DNA of 62,291 bases, counting the filler. It is 2 parts of 2 records of this genome, joined end to end, with 100 filler letters (N's around TTAATTAATTAA, not from the genome) between each part and the next. Parts side by side here need not be neighbours in the genome. Positions count along the whole stretch, not along the records: positions 1 to 30,494 come from SRR31156797_119; 1 more part is not named here. One strand, given 5' to 3'. The notes beneath the pieces were generated by a model that saw only the letters and a list, made by a program, of their open reading frames with translations, searched no databases and was not told where the DNA came from. Below are positions 18,412 to 28,652 of this stretch, piece by piece; the first letter of the stretch is position 1, and each line of letters begins with the position of its first letter. A program made the position numbers and the translations under genes.

Positions 18412-19443
18412 TTGTACAAAGGAAGCAATTCAAAAGAAATTATAAATATAGATAGTGTAAATGAAATGACATTGTTATTTGGCTCATTTGATAAGAACAT
18501 AAAGATAATCGAAAAAGAAACTGGCGTAATAATAAAAGCACAAGAGAATCTAATATCAATAGAAGGTGATGAAGAGGATGTAAATATTGCATATCAGGTA
18601 CTTAAGCAGCTAAAATCTATGCTTAAGCGCAATGAAGCAATTGAAAAGGACAGAATACACTATGCTATTGAATTGGCTAAAGAGGGAAACGCAGAGTTAA
18701 TAGGAGAAATAATGACCGATGTGGTCATTGTAACAAATCGAGGCAAGCACATAAAAAGCAAAACTGTCAGACAGCAAAAATACGTTAAACTAATGAAAAA
18801 ACACACGGTAGTGTTTGCTGTTGGTCCTGCTGGTACTGGTAAAACTTACCTTGCTATGGCTATGGCAGTTTTAGCATTAAAGAATAAAGATGTTTCCAGA
18901 ATAATATTAACAAGACCAGCTGTTGAAGCAGGAGAAAAATTGGGATTTTTACCTGGTGATCTGCAGAACAAGGTTGACCCGTATCTTCGCCCTTTGTATG
19001 ATGCACTTTATGAGATGATTGGTGCAGAGAAGTTCCAGTCATTATCAGAAAAGGGTATCATAGAAGTTGCACCGATGGCATATATGCGGGGCAGAACATT
19101 GAATGATGCCTTTGTGGTACTGGATGAAGCGCAAAATACAACAGTTGAGCAGATGAAAATGTTTTTAACCCGACTCGGTGAAGGTTCACGAATGGTTATA
19201 ACCGGAGATATTACGCAAAGAGATTTGCCCGATGGCAAAAAATCCGGTTTAGTTGATGCTGTAGAGATACTTGAGGATGTTGAAGATGTAGGAATAGTGG
19301 AGCTGACGGCACAGGATGTAGTACGGCATAATCTAGTAAAGAAGATAGTAAGAGCATATGAAAAAAGAGATAAAAAGAGAGAATTTAATAAGAGAAAAGC
19401 ACCTAATAAGGCTAGTAAAGCCAAGGACAAGAAGCAGAAATAG
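18412..19443 (+). CDS. phoH: PhoH-family ATPase
   Basis: GPAGTGKTYLA, RPAVEAGEKLGFLPG, AYMRGRTL, LDEAQN; TTG start after AGGAG. Confidence 0.95.
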   Translation: MYKGSNSKEIINIDSVNEMTLLFGSFDKNIKIIEKETGVIIKAQENLISIEGDEEDVNIAYQVLKQLKSMLKRNEAIEKDRIHYAIELAKEGNAELIGEIMTDVVIVTNRGKHIKSKTVRQQKYVKLMKKHTVVFAVGPAGTGKTYLAMAMAVLALKNKDVSRIILTRPAVEAGEKLGFLPGDLQNKVDPYLRPLYDALYEMIGAEKFQSLSEKGIIEVAPMAYMRGRTLNDAFVVLDEAQNTTVEQMKMFLTRLGEGSRMVITGDITQRDLPDGKKSGLVDAVEILEDVEDVGIVELTAQDVVRHNLVKKIVRAYEKRDKKREFNKRKAPNKASKAKDKKQK

Positions 19444-19465
19444 TCAATAGGAAGGGTTACTATAA

Positions 19466-21577
19466 ATGGGTAAAAAGAGAGATAACAGAGAAAAATTAAG
19501 AAAACATGATAGAAATCCCAATCCTGTTGGCGGTATATTCATTGCCTTGATTACTTTTTTGATTATTATGGCTATATACACAGGTATTCTTGTTATGCCC
19601 AAGTCACAGCTGGCAGTAGGAGAAATAGCTGAAACTACGATAAAAGCTACTAGAGACGTAGAAGATACATATACAACCAATGCAAATCGTCAGGAAGCCG
19701 GACTTCAGGTTGGTGCCATATATAGAAAAGATGCAGCTATTACATCAAGTACTGTAACAGCACTAAATGATGCACTGGATGCTATTGATCTGGTAATGGA
19801 ATTAGGCGCAGAAGAATATGAAAGAATGAGAGATTCTGGTGAGGATATTAAATATACAGTTTCATTCTACGAAGAATGTCTGAAGGAATTGCCTGATGGC
19901 TTTATTATTGGTGACGTTGTTAGCATAATTCAGATCAGTGAAGAGGAAGAGTATGTTTTGATGAAGGAAAGCGTACTTGAACTAATTGAGACTGAGATGG
20001 AAAATGGTGTAATTGAAAGTGCACTTGATGACAGAAAGACTGACTTGAAAAATCAACTGATATTATCGGGATTAAGCAATGATGTAAGAAAATTAGGATC
20101 AACAATAATTGACTTGTACTTAGTTCATAATATGACATATGACGTGGACGCTACAGAAGCAGCCAAGGAAGCAGCTGAAGAAGAAGTAGAACCAACTATG
20201 TATAAGGAAGGCGAGATAATAGTATACGAGGGTACAGCTGTTACTGAAGCTCAGTTGAATGTGCTGATATCACTTGGTATGGTTGAGGATACAAAAGCCG
20301 GCTGGGTTGATTATGTATCTGTAGGTAGTCTGCTATTGATTATTTATTTAGCTGCGGTTATTTACTTAATGATTTTACATAAGGAAATAGTCAAATCCAA
20401 TAAAATGATAGCAGTTATTTGTATTGTATCAATTCTTACAATAATTTTGACATGGGCAGGTTCATTCCTCAGCCAATATTTTATCCCTATTGCTTATACA
20501 CCTCTAATGCTGGTAATGGTGATGATGAATAAAAGGGCAGTAATTGTAATAAATGTTTTTCTCTCAATACTAGTAGGTATAATGGCTACCAGACTAAGCG
20601 AGAGCATGATACTGCCTATTATTACTGCATCAATTATTAGCGGTACAGTAAGTGTATATATATCCACGAAAGCAGGACAGCGTTCCAATGTAATACTTTC
20701 AGGCTTTATTTCAGGTTTTTTTATGGGACTTGTTTTTGTATGCTTTGATATGATAAATCATGTGGATGGGTTGGTTTCACTATTGCACTTTGGATACGGT
20801 GTTGCTTCAGGGTTGGTTGTAGCAATTATTACAATAGGTTTGCTTCCAATATTTGAAAGTACATTGAAGCTGGTTACACCGATGCGGCTAATGGAACTGA
20901 TAAATCCAAATCAGCCATTGCTAAAGCAATTACTGGTAGAAGCTCCCGGCACATATCATCATTCAATTATGGTAGGCAATATGGCAGAGAGAGCAGCATC
21001 TGCAATAGGTGCAAATGAATTAATTGTTCGTGCAGGTGCATATTACCATGATATAGGCAAGACAAAACGCCCGTATTTTTTCATTGAAAATCATGCAGAC
21101 AGCAGAAATCCTCATGATAATATTGATTCTGCGATGAGTGTAAATGTAATTACTGCTCATGTAAGCGATGGCTTGGAGATGGCGAAAAAGGCTAATATTC
21201 CACAGGTTATTTTGGATGTAATTGGTCAGCATCATGGCGATACTGCTGTTATGTATTTTTACCTAAAGGACAAGGAAGAATCAAACTATCCAGAGAATAT
21301 AAAATTGGATGACTATAGATATCCAGGCATTAGACCAAGATCCCGAGAAGCTGCTATTGTAATGCTTGCAGATTCATGTGAAGCAGCGGTAAAAAGCCTT
21401 GATAATGCAACAAAGGAAAATGTTGAAGAGATGATAAGTAAAGTTATCAAAGGCAAATTAGACGATGGACAGCTGGATTATTGCGAACTAACACTTAAAG
21501 ACATAACAATAATAAAAGAGCAGTTTTTAGTCGCCCTTAATGGTGTATTTCATGAACGAATAGAATATCCGGATTAA
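19466..21577 (+). CDS. pgpH: 7TM-HD cyclic-di-AMP phosphodiesterase PgpH (YqfF)
   Basis: Extracellular domain plus 7TM; EAPGTYHHS, YYHDIGK, QHHGDT, MLADSCEAA. Confidence 0.9.
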   Translation: MGKKRDNREKLRKHDRNPNPVGGIFIALITFLIIMAIYTGILVMPKSQLAVGEIAETTIKATRDVEDTYTTNANRQEAGLQVGAIYRKDAAITSSTVTALNDALDAIDLVMELGAEEYERMRDSGEDIKYTVSFYEECLKELPDGFIIGDVVSIIQISEEEEYVLMKESVLELIETEMENGVIESALDDRKTDLKNQLILSGLSNDVRKLGSTIIDLYLVHNMTYDVDATEAAKEAAEEEVEPTMYKEGEIIVYEGTAVTEAQLNVLISLGMVEDTKAGWVDYVSVGSLLLIIYLAAVIYLMILHKEIVKSNKMIAVICIVSILTIILTWAGSFLSQYFIPIAYTPLMLVMVMMNKRAVIVINVFLSILVGIMATRLSESMILPIITASIISGTVSVYISTKAGQRSNVILSGFISGFFMGLVFVCFDMINHVDGLVSLLHFGYGVASGLVVAIITIGLLPIFESTLKLVTPMRLMELINPNQPLLKQLLVEAPGTYHHSIMVGNMAERAASAIGANELIVRAGAYYHDIGKTKRPYFFIENHADSRNPHDNIDSAMSVNVITAHVSDGLEMAKKANIPQVILDVIGQHHGDTAVMYFYLKDKEESNYPENIKLDDYRYPGIRPRSREAAIVMLADSCEAAVKSLDNATKENVEEMISKVIKGKLDDGQLDYCELTLKDITIIKEQFLVALNGVFHERIEYPD

Positions 21578-21586
21578 ATAGTAATA

Positions 21587-22075
21587 ATGAAGATAAATGT
21601 TGATGTAAAAAATATAAAGATAAGTTTCAGTGACAAAAGGGCTATAAAGAAAGCTCTTTTAGCTGGTATCAAAATGTATTCTCAAGGTACAAACTGCGTA
21701 GTGTATGTTACTCTTTGCAACGATGAATATATAAGAGAAATTAACCGTGAACATAGAGAAAAGGATACTGTTACTGATGTATTATCATTTCCTCTGGTTA
21801 TGTGGGAGAAACCCATGGATTGGGAAAATCTCAAAACAGGAGAGGACATCAATCCGATTGATAGCAGCGTAGAATTAGGAGATATTATAATCTCTATGGA
21901 TGCTGTCAAAAGACAAGCCCTAGAATATGGTCACAGCGAGAAACGCGAACTATGCTATCTGACTGTACATGGTTTGATGCATCTTATGGGATTTGACCAT
22001 ATGACAGAAGAAGATAAAATTTTGATGCGAAATGCAGAAGAAAGCGTTATGGCAGAAATCAACCAAGTGAGGTAA
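21587..22075 (+). CDS. ybeY: rRNA maturation endoribonuclease YbeY
   Basis: TDVLSFP, LGDIIIS, HGLMHLMGFDH. Confidence 0.95.
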   Translation: MKINVDVKNIKISFSDKRAIKKALLAGIKMYSQGTNCVVYVTLCNDEYIREINREHREKDTVTDVLSFPLVMWEKPMDWENLKTGEDINPIDSSVELGDIIISMDAVKRQALEYGHSEKRELCYLTVHGLMHLMGFDHMTEEDKILMRNAEESVMAEINQVR

Positions 22076-22079
22076 TACC

Positions 22080-22466
22080 GTGGAAAAGATAATTGAGTTA
22101 GCAATTAAATCAAAGGATATTGCGTATGCACCATACTCTAGATTCAAGGTAGGTGCCTGTATTGAAGGAGATAATGGTAAGCTATACTGCGGATGTAATA
22201 TAGAGAGTGTATCATATTCACCAACTATATGTGCTGAACGAAGTGCTATAAGCCATGCTGTTATGGATGGATGTACCAAATTCAAGCGAGTAGCTATTGC
22301 AAATAGCGGTAATGGCTTCTCATGGCCATGCGGTGTATGCAGGCAGCTGCTGTCTGAATTCGGATATAAAGATATAGAGATAATTGTAGTAAATAAAAAC
22401 GGAGATACGGATAAGCAAATGTTAAGTTCTTTGCTGCCTGAAGCTTTTGTAGAGATACCAAAATAA
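22080..22466 (+). CDS. cdd: Cytidine deaminase
   Basis: AYAPYSRFKVGA, CAERSA, PCGVCRQ. Confidence 0.95.
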   Translation: MEKIIELAIKSKDIAYAPYSRFKVGACIEGDNGKLYCGCNIESVSYSPTICAERSAISHAVMDGCTKFKRVAIANSGNGFSWPCGVCRQLLSEFGYKDIEIIVVNKNGDTDKQMLSSLLPEAFVEIPK

Positions 22467-22475
22467 AGGACATAT

Positions 22476-23372
22476 ATGACAGAAAAAATTTATAAATCAG
22501 GCTTTATAGCCATAATAGGAAGATCAAATGTTGGTAAATCGACTTTGATGAATGAGATAATAGGAAATAAAGTCGCTATTGTTTCAGATAGACCTCAAAC
22601 TACCAGAAATCAAATTAAGGGTATATATACCTCAAAGGATTGCCAGATGGTATTCCTAGATACCCCAGGACTCCAATTACCCAAAAACAAGCTGGGTAAA
22701 TATATGCAGAAAATTGTTACCGATTCTCTGCCGGATGTTGATGCTGTTATGGTTGTATTAGATGCCAGTGAATACATTGGTGCAGGGGATATGGCTGCTG
22801 TAGATATGCTGGAGCAAGTGGATTCACCGGCTGTGCTTGTACTAAATAAAATTGATAAAGTAGACAAAGAACCGCTACTTACAATAATTGATAGATTTAA
22901 GGAAAATAAAAATATAAATAACATAATACCTATTTCAGCACTAAAAGGAGATGGTATTGAAGAGCTGGTTGATGTCTTGAAATCTTATCTGAATGAGGGA
23001 CCGAAATTTTTTCCAGATGATATGATTACTGACAGACCAGAAATGTTTATTGTGCGTGAGATAATCAGAGAGAAGACACTGCGTAATATAAAAGAGGAAA
23101 TTCCTCATGGAATTGGTGTAGAAATATTAAAGATTGAGAAAATCAGAGATAATCTGATAGAAATTCATGCTAATGTAGTATGCGAAAAGCAGTCTCATAA
23201 GCCGATAATAATTGGTAAAAGAGGAAGCATGATAAAAAAGCTGGGTACTCAGGCCAGAGAGGATATTGAGAAACTGTTCGGAAATAAAGTGAATCTGCAG
23301 CTCTGGGTCAGGGTTAAGCCTATGTGGCGGGATAATTTGTCGCTGATGAAAGACTACGGTTATGACGAATGA
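22476..23372 (+). CDS. era: GTPase Era
   Basis: GRSNVGKSTL, QTTRN, DTPG, NKID, KH domain IIIGKRG. Confidence 0.97.
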   Translation: MTEKIYKSGFIAIIGRSNVGKSTLMNEIIGNKVAIVSDRPQTTRNQIKGIYTSKDCQMVFLDTPGLQLPKNKLGKYMQKIVTDSLPDVDAVMVVLDASEYIGAGDMAAVDMLEQVDSPAVLVLNKIDKVDKEPLLTIIDRFKENKNINNIIPISALKGDGIEELVDVLKSYLNEGPKFFPDDMITDRPEMFIVREIIREKTLRNIKEEIPHGIGVEILKIEKIRDNLIEIHANVVCEKQSHKPIIIGKRGSMIKKLGTQAREDIEKLFGNKVNLQLWVRVKPMWRDNLSLMKDYGYDE

Positions 23373-24108
23373 GGAAAGAGTTCAGGGTATAGTTACCAGA
23401 TATACTGACTATAAAGAATACCATAGAATGCTCACAATATTTACTCCTCAATACGGATTTATATCTGTTTTAGCTCCAGGGTGCAAGAGTCCAAAATCAA
23501 AGATTAGAGCTGGAAGTGAATTATTTGTATTTGGGTATTATACGATAAAGAACAAAGGAGAAAGAAAGTCACTCACACAAGTTGAAATTCAGGATGCTTT
23601 CTATGATTTAAGAACTGATATTACCAGTCTGTCCTGTGTTGTGTATTTAAGAGATTTTAGTGAATTCATCTGTATAGATATACAGGATGCTCAAGCAATA
23701 TTTTCTTTGTTTTTAAATTCGGTATCTTTGCTGTGTCATAAGAAGTTAAAATGTAAACTTGTTCAGTTTGCTTATGAAATCAGAGCCATGTCTATACTAG
23801 GATTTAATGTAGATTTCAACGAATGTATTTACTGCGGGAGTAAAGATACTCTGTCTGCATTTAGTGTCTCTGACGGCGGTGCGGTCTGCAGTGAATGCGT
23901 AGACAAAGTAAAACATATAATGGTATCACCAAGGGCAATAAAAACAATGAGCCAGATAGCATCATTTCCAATGGAAAAATTGAGTGTAATTATGCTGAAT
24001 GTGAATACTATTAAAGAAATCGATGAGTTTTGGCATGAATACATTAGATGGCATGTTGAAAGAAGATTCAAATCTGCGGAGTTTTTGAATAAATCATATA
24101 GTTTTTAA
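23362..24108 (+). CDS. recO: DNA repair protein RecO
   Basis: OB-fold N-terminus; CIYCG...CSEC zinc finger; follows era. Confidence 0.9.
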   Translation: MTNEERVQGIVTRYTDYKEYHRMLTIFTPQYGFISVLAPGCKSPKSKIRAGSELFVFGYYTIKNKGERKSLTQVEIQDAFYDLRTDITSLSCVVYLRDFSEFICIDIQDAQAIFSLFLNSVSLLCHKKLKCKLVQFAYEIRAMSILGFNVDFNECIYCGSKDTLSAFSVSDGGAVCSECVDKVKHIMVSPRAIKTMSQIASFPMEKLSVIMLNVNTIKEIDEFWHEYIRWHVERRFKSAEFLNKSYSF

Positions 24109-24130
24109 GTTAATTAAGGAGAAGAGAAGA

Positions 24131-25012
24131 ATGAATTCGATGACGGGCTTTGGAAGAGCGACAATTGAAACAAACGGCAGAAGCATTACTATTGAGCTGA
24201 AGTCGGTAAATCACAGATATCTTGATATTAATCTACGTCTTCATAGAAGTGTATCTTTCGTTGATGATGCACTGAGAGGGATAGTAAAGGATAACCTCAA
24301 AAGAGGGCATATTGATATATACGTATACTACGAAAATAATTCTGAAAGCAATAAGACAGTAGAAGTTGATAAAGATTTAGCTAAAGCGTATTATGATGCA
24401 ATAAATGAGATTGGAATGGTTATTGGTAAAAGTTGTGAAGTAACAGCCTCAGAAATTGCGAAAATTTCAGATGTCGTTAATCTGAAAGAAGAGGAAGATA
24501 ACGAAGAAATAATATTGGAATTAAGTACGACTGCAATGAATGAAGCAACCGGTAATTTAATAAAGATGCGCGAAGTTGAAGGAGAAAAGCTAAAGACAGA
24601 TTTGCTGGAAAAGCTGGATACAATGAAGGCTTTGTTGGAAAGAGTAGAGCATTTTGCTCCCAATGTTGTGTTAGAGTATAGAGATAAGCTGGAAAATCGA
24701 ATAGCTGAAATACTGAAAAGCACAAATATAGAAGTTGATGAAAGCAGAATTAGTACGGAGGTTGCATTCTTTGCAGACAGAAGTTCAATAGACGAAGAAA
24801 TCCAAAGACTAAACAGCCATATTGACCTTGTAAGGAGTACATTTGGGAAGAATGAACCAATTGGTCGCCAGCTGGATTTTATTGTACAGGAGATTAACAG
24901 AGAGGTTAATACGATTTGTTCCAAATCAAACAATATTGATATTACCAATACAGCTCTTGAAATGAAGAACACTGTAGAAAAAATAAGAGAACAAATACAA
25001 AATATTGAGTAG
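24131..25012 (+). CDS. yicC: YicC/YloC-family endoribonuclease
   Basis: SMTGFGR, KSVNHRYLD, GRQLDFIVQEINREVNTICSK, REQIQNIE. Confidence 0.95.
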   Translation: MNSMTGFGRATIETNGRSITIELKSVNHRYLDINLRLHRSVSFVDDALRGIVKDNLKRGHIDIYVYYENNSESNKTVEVDKDLAKAYYDAINEIGMVIGKSCEVTASEIAKISDVVNLKEEEDNEEIILELSTTAMNEATGNLIKMREVEGEKLKTDLLEKLDTMKALLERVEHFAPNVVLEYRDKLENRIAEILKSTNIEVDESRISTEVAFFADRSSIDEEIQRLNSHIDLVRSTFGKNEPIGRQLDFIVQEINREVNTICSKSNNIDITNTALEMKNTVEKIREQIQNIE

Positions 25013-25025
25013 TAAAGGACAAATT

Positions 25026-25631
25026 ATGGATAAAGGTCTGTTAATAGTTATTGCTGGTCCATCAGGTGTTGGCAAAGGAACAATATGTGCTGAAATATTA
25101 AAAGATAATGACGATATATCCTTATCAGTATCAGCTACTACCAGAGAGCCTAGAGAAGGCGAAATCGATGGCGTAAATTATCATTTTGTAAGTAATAATG
25201 AATTCGATGAAATGATTGAAAATGATGAATTCCTAGAATATGCAAATGTATTCGAAAATAAATACGGTACTCCCAGAAAATATGTTAACGATACTATAAA
25301 TAAAGGAAAAGATGTAATCGTTGAGATTGATGTTCAGGGAGCAATGATGGTTATGGATAACTGCGAAGAAGGTCTCTATATTTTTATTTCACCAAAGAGT
25401 TTAGAAGTGCTTAGTGAAAGACTAATCAACAGAGGTACAGAAACCAAGGAACAGTTTGAAATCAGAACCCAAAAAGCAAAGTGGGAGATTGAGCAGTGCG
25501 AGAAGTTCGAATACGTGGTAGTAAATGATGACCTTGATACTGCTGTTGAAGAGGTTAAGGATATAATCAAGAGTTTCCGAAGGAAAGTATTTCTTAATAA
25601 AGCATTATTAAAGAAATTGTTAAGTGAATGA
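25026..25631 (+). CDS. gmk: Guanylate kinase
   Basis: GPSGVGKGT, SATTREPREGE, YGTP, EIDVQGA; ATG 25026 after AAGGA. Confidence 0.96.
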   Translation: MDKGLLIVIAGPSGVGKGTICAEILKDNDDISLSVSATTREPREGEIDGVNYHFVSNNEFDEMIENDEFLEYANVFENKYGTPRKYVNDTINKGKDVIVEIDVQGAMMVMDNCEEGLYIFISPKSLEVLSERLINRGTETKEQFEIRTQKAKWEIEQCEKFEYVVVNDDLDTAVEEVKDIIKSFRRKVFLNKALLKKLLSE

Positions 25632-25658
25632 TATTGGACTATATGAATGGCTATTCTA

Positions 25659-26315
25659 TTAATTAATAGCTGACAGAAAGCCATCTAAATATCTTTCCAT
25701 AGTTTTTAGCACCTCGGTTCTAAAATCATGTTTAAAATAGCCCATATTATATTCATCTATGATATCCAAAATGCTTTGAGGTAATGTTGTATTGAGCTTA
25801 CAACCTGCTACTATTGACAGTTCAGCATTGATAACTTCAGTGATTTCGCTTGCAGTAAGAGGACATTTCTCACTTATAGCGTTTACGATTTCTAGAAATT
25901 TTTCACTTATAGCCAATTTAAATTTTATCATAAATTCCTTGTCAATATTCTTTTCCAGAATAAGACTTCGAAGGACTTCTAGGCGTATATATAATGAATT
26001 TTCATCAGCTATTTCGGATAAATCATCTAGAATGAATTTTTTGAATCTCTCATTGGTGCTAATGTTTGCAACTTTTATTCTGTTTCTTATTTTCTTAAAA
26101 CGATTTTGATATTCCCTAAACAGCAGCTGCATAAAAAGAGTTTCTTTACTTTTAAAGTACACAAATAGTATTCCATTGGATATTCCCATGGATTTTGCGA
26201 TTTCCGACATACGCACTTTGTCGTAATCAGATTGTAAAAACATTTCAGCTGCCATATCCAGTATTGCGTTAGCTTTTTCCTTCTTGGCAGCGTCAGTCAT
26301 TGCTCTTTTTGGCAT
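25659..26315 (-). CDS. TetR-family regulator
   Basis: N-terminal HTH: ILDMAAEMF..EIAKSMGISNGILFVYFKSKE. Confidence 0.9.
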   Translation of the reverse strand: MPKRAMTDAAKKEKANAILDMAAEMFLQSDYDKVRMSEIAKSMGISNGILFVYFKSKETLFMQLLFREYQNRFKKIRNRIKVANISTNERFKKFILDDLSEIADENSLYIRLEVLRSLILEKNIDKEFMIKFKLAISEKFLEIVNAISEKCPLTASEITEVINAELSIVAGCKLNTTLPQSILDIIDEYNMGYFKHDFRTEVLKTMERYLDGFLSAIN

Positions 26316-26318
26316 AGA

Positions 26319-27137
26319 TTATCCTAGAATTTTTTTTATCATTTTATCATAACCTTTGTCTCCAAGCAAACGCCTAGTAAATACTGCTAGTTTTGCACCT
26401 CTGCCAACTAAGTACCTGGTTTTAGGCTTCTTTGATGTTACAGCTTTTACTATTGCCTTTGCAATAACGGATGAGTCAGAGAATAAATTAGATTTATAGT
26501 ATTCTGTGAGCTTATCTGCTACTTTATTTGCACTATCTGCATAAGCACCATTACCGGAAGTTTTTTTCAGATTGTCAACTGCAATTGAACCCCAAGGTGT
26601 TCTTATTACGCTTGGTTCAATAATGACTACATTAATATTATAGTCTGATACTTCAATTCGCAAGCTATCAGAAAAGCCCTCAACTGCGAATTTAGTAGCA
26701 TGATACCATCCGCCAAACGGAGTCCATATTATACCGCCCATTGATGTAATGTTTATGATTTTGCCAAATTTGTTTTCTCTCATTTTTGGCAGTACTAATT
26801 GAGTCATTCTGGCTAATCCAATCAAATTGACTTCGACCTGTTTTCGAGCTTCTTGAATTGGAACATCTTCAATTGCGCCATATGAACCATAACCAGCACT
26901 ATTTACTAATACATCAATACTGCCTTCTTTTTTTATAATTTCATCAACACATTTAACCATAGATTCATCATTTGTTACATCTACATAAGTGATATTGATA
27001 CCTTTCTCTTCCAAATCTTTCATTTTCTCTATGCGTCTTGCTGCTGCATATACGTTAAATCCTTTATTCTTTAGTTCTATAGCAGTTATCTTGCCAATCC
27101 CTGAAGAAGCTCCAGTTACTAATGCTGTTTTACCCAT
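26319..27137 (-). CDS. Short-chain dehydrogenase/reductase
   Basis: TGASSGIG, NSAG, YHATK; ATG 27137 after AAGGAG. Confidence 0.92.
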   Translation of the reverse strand: MGKTALVTGASSGIGKITAIELKNKGFNVYAAARRIEKMKDLEEKGINITYVDVTNDESMVKCVDEIIKKEGSIDVLVNSAGYGSYGAIEDVPIQEARKQVEVNLIGLARMTQLVLPKMRENKFGKIINITSMGGIIWTPFGGWYHATKFAVEGFSDSLRIEVSDYNINVVIIEPSVIRTPWGSIAVDNLKKTSGNGAYADSANKVADKLTEYYKSNLFSDSSVIAKAIVKAVTSKKPKTRYLVGRGAKLAVFTRRLLGDKGYDKMIKKILG

Positions 27138-27169
27138 AATTATTTTCTCCTTAATGCTTAATTTATTTA

Positions 27170-27216
27170 ATAATTGATTACGAGTCAATTATAATTGATT
27201 ACGAGTCAATTGTCAA
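27170..27216 (-). promoter_or_regulatory. Consensus SigA promoter with two tandem TetR-type operators
   Basis: Minus strand TTGACA(27216)-N17-TATAAT(27193); exact 21-bp tandem repeat ATAATTGATTACGAGTCAATT, each copy palindromic. Confidence 0.85.
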
Positions 27217-27243
27217 CAGAAAAGCATAGTTAATTTCTCAAAT

Positions 27244-27275
27244 AAAAAAAGGACGGCTCAATATCCATCCTTTTT
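27244..27275 (-). terminator. Intrinsic terminator of ppa
   Basis: AAAAAAGGACGG-N8-CCATCCTTTTT. Confidence 0.65.
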
Positions 27276-27294
27276 CTGAGTTATATTCTGTTTT

Positions 27295-27780
27295 TTAGCC
27301 TTCTTTGTACCTGTCAAGACAGCTCTGTATCAATTCTATTGTTTCTTCAATACCATGGTAATCTAGAACTTTCGTTTCTGATGCTTGAAGGTGCTTATAC
27401 GTTTGGAAGAAGTGCTTTATTTCCTTTAGTGTATGAGGATGTACATCATCTAGAGAGTCAACATTCTCAAATCGTGGGTCGGCATTAACTACCGCTATTA
27501 CCTTCTCATCCTGGTCACCTTGATCAATCATATCCAGATATCCCAGAACTCTAGCTTCAACTATACAACCAGGAAATGTCTTTTCTGACGCAAGTACAAG
27601 AATATCCAGCGGGTCCCCGTCAAGAGCAAGAGTATTTTCGATATATCCATACTCAGCAGGGTAGGTCATACGTGAATAAAGAACACGACTAAGCCTTATT
27701 CTGCCACAGGATTTGTCGATTTCATATTTGTTAATGGTATTCATAGGAATTTCAATTATAGCATCAATAATTTTATACAT
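27295..27780 (-). CDS. ppa: Family I inorganic pyrophosphatase
   Basis: IEIP, NKYE, YPAEYG, DGDPLDIL, DEKVIAV. Confidence 0.95.
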   Translation of the reverse strand: MYKIIDAIIEIPMNTINKYEIDKSCGRIRLSRVLYSRMTYPAEYGYIENTLALDGDPLDILVLASEKTFPGCIVEARVLGYLDMIDQGDQDEKVIAVVNADPRFENVDSLDDVHPHTLKEIKHFFQTYKHLQASETKVLDYHGIEETIELIQSCLDRYKEG

Positions 27781-27851
27781 ATTTTACCTCTCATTTTTTG
27801 ATATACCTTTACTCATTTCTAAGGATTATTATAACATAAATATACATCTTA

Positions 27852-28652
27852 TTATAATCTGGTTATTATTAAATTCCCAGACTCGTACTTTCTCAGACCA
27901 CGGTTAAAAAATATACATGAAAAACTTAGAAATATGATACTAAAGCCAATCCATATTGCAAATGTACCAATACTGAAATCCTTAACCAGTCTTAATGGGA
28001 TATGTGTGATAAATGCAGCAGGAAGCAGCGAATAGATAAGCAGTCTGATAAAACCTTGAAAAATACCCTCTGGGTAAATAGAAAAGTTTATCATAAACTC
28101 AGCAACTGTATCAGTTATCATATTTGAATTACCAAAGTAGAATGTAAGAGTATGAGCAAATATATTGACTGCTGTAAATATCAATCCGCCAAGTATAGCA
28201 GCAAGTGTAAATACAAACCATACTTTAGGAGTTAATCCCCAGAATAGTGCTATAAGTACTATACCGTAGAAGAAATCACCCCATGCACTTACCTGAGTAC
28301 TTGCACCAAGGATATTTGGCAGAACAGGTATAGGTTGAAGCAAATATGTATCCAGCTCGCCTGTGATTATCATTTGACTGATTCTGTGTACATTGTAGAA
28401 AAGGATACTACTTACACCAAAGGCAGTACTTGCTACAGCCCAGATAAACATTACGTCCTTAAATGTATAACCAGCAATATACTCACCAGTTGCATCAAAA
28501 GCCAGCCACCAAAAGAAAATAAAGCTGGCATTGTTTAGTACCATTCCAAATACCTGTACAAAGAAGCTCGTACGATATTCCATCTGTGATGCTAAATTTA
28601 GTTTGAAATATTTAGAGAAAAGTTTAATTATTTTCTTAGCCTCCGTGAACAT
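27852..28652 (-). CDS. ABC-2 family permease (DUF990-type)
   Basis: MEYRTSF, GELDTYLLQP, SIYPEGIF, YESG; 6 TM. Confidence 0.85.
   Translation of the reverse strand: MFTEAKKIIKLFSKYFKLNLASQMEYRTSFFVQVFGMVLNNASFIFFWWLAFDATGEYIAGYTFKDVMFIWAVASTAFGVSSILFYNVHRISQMIITGELDTYLLQPIPVLPNILGASTQVSAWGDFFYGIVLIALFWGLTPKVWFVFTLAAILGGLIFTAVNIFAHTLTFYFGNSNMITDTVAEFMINFSIYPEGIFQGFIRLLIYSLLPAAFITHIPLRLVKDFSIGTFAIWIGFSIIFLSFSCIFFNRGLRKYESGNLIITRL

Noticed and set aside
24391-24972. 193-aa antisense ORF (also 42986-43636, 19008-19430 and similar)
   Set aside because: Shadow frames of well-supported genes, with no RBS or motifs
27170-27211. Tandem 21-bp repeat as a mini-CRISPR
   Set aside because: Two copies with no spacer and no cas genes; explained as operators
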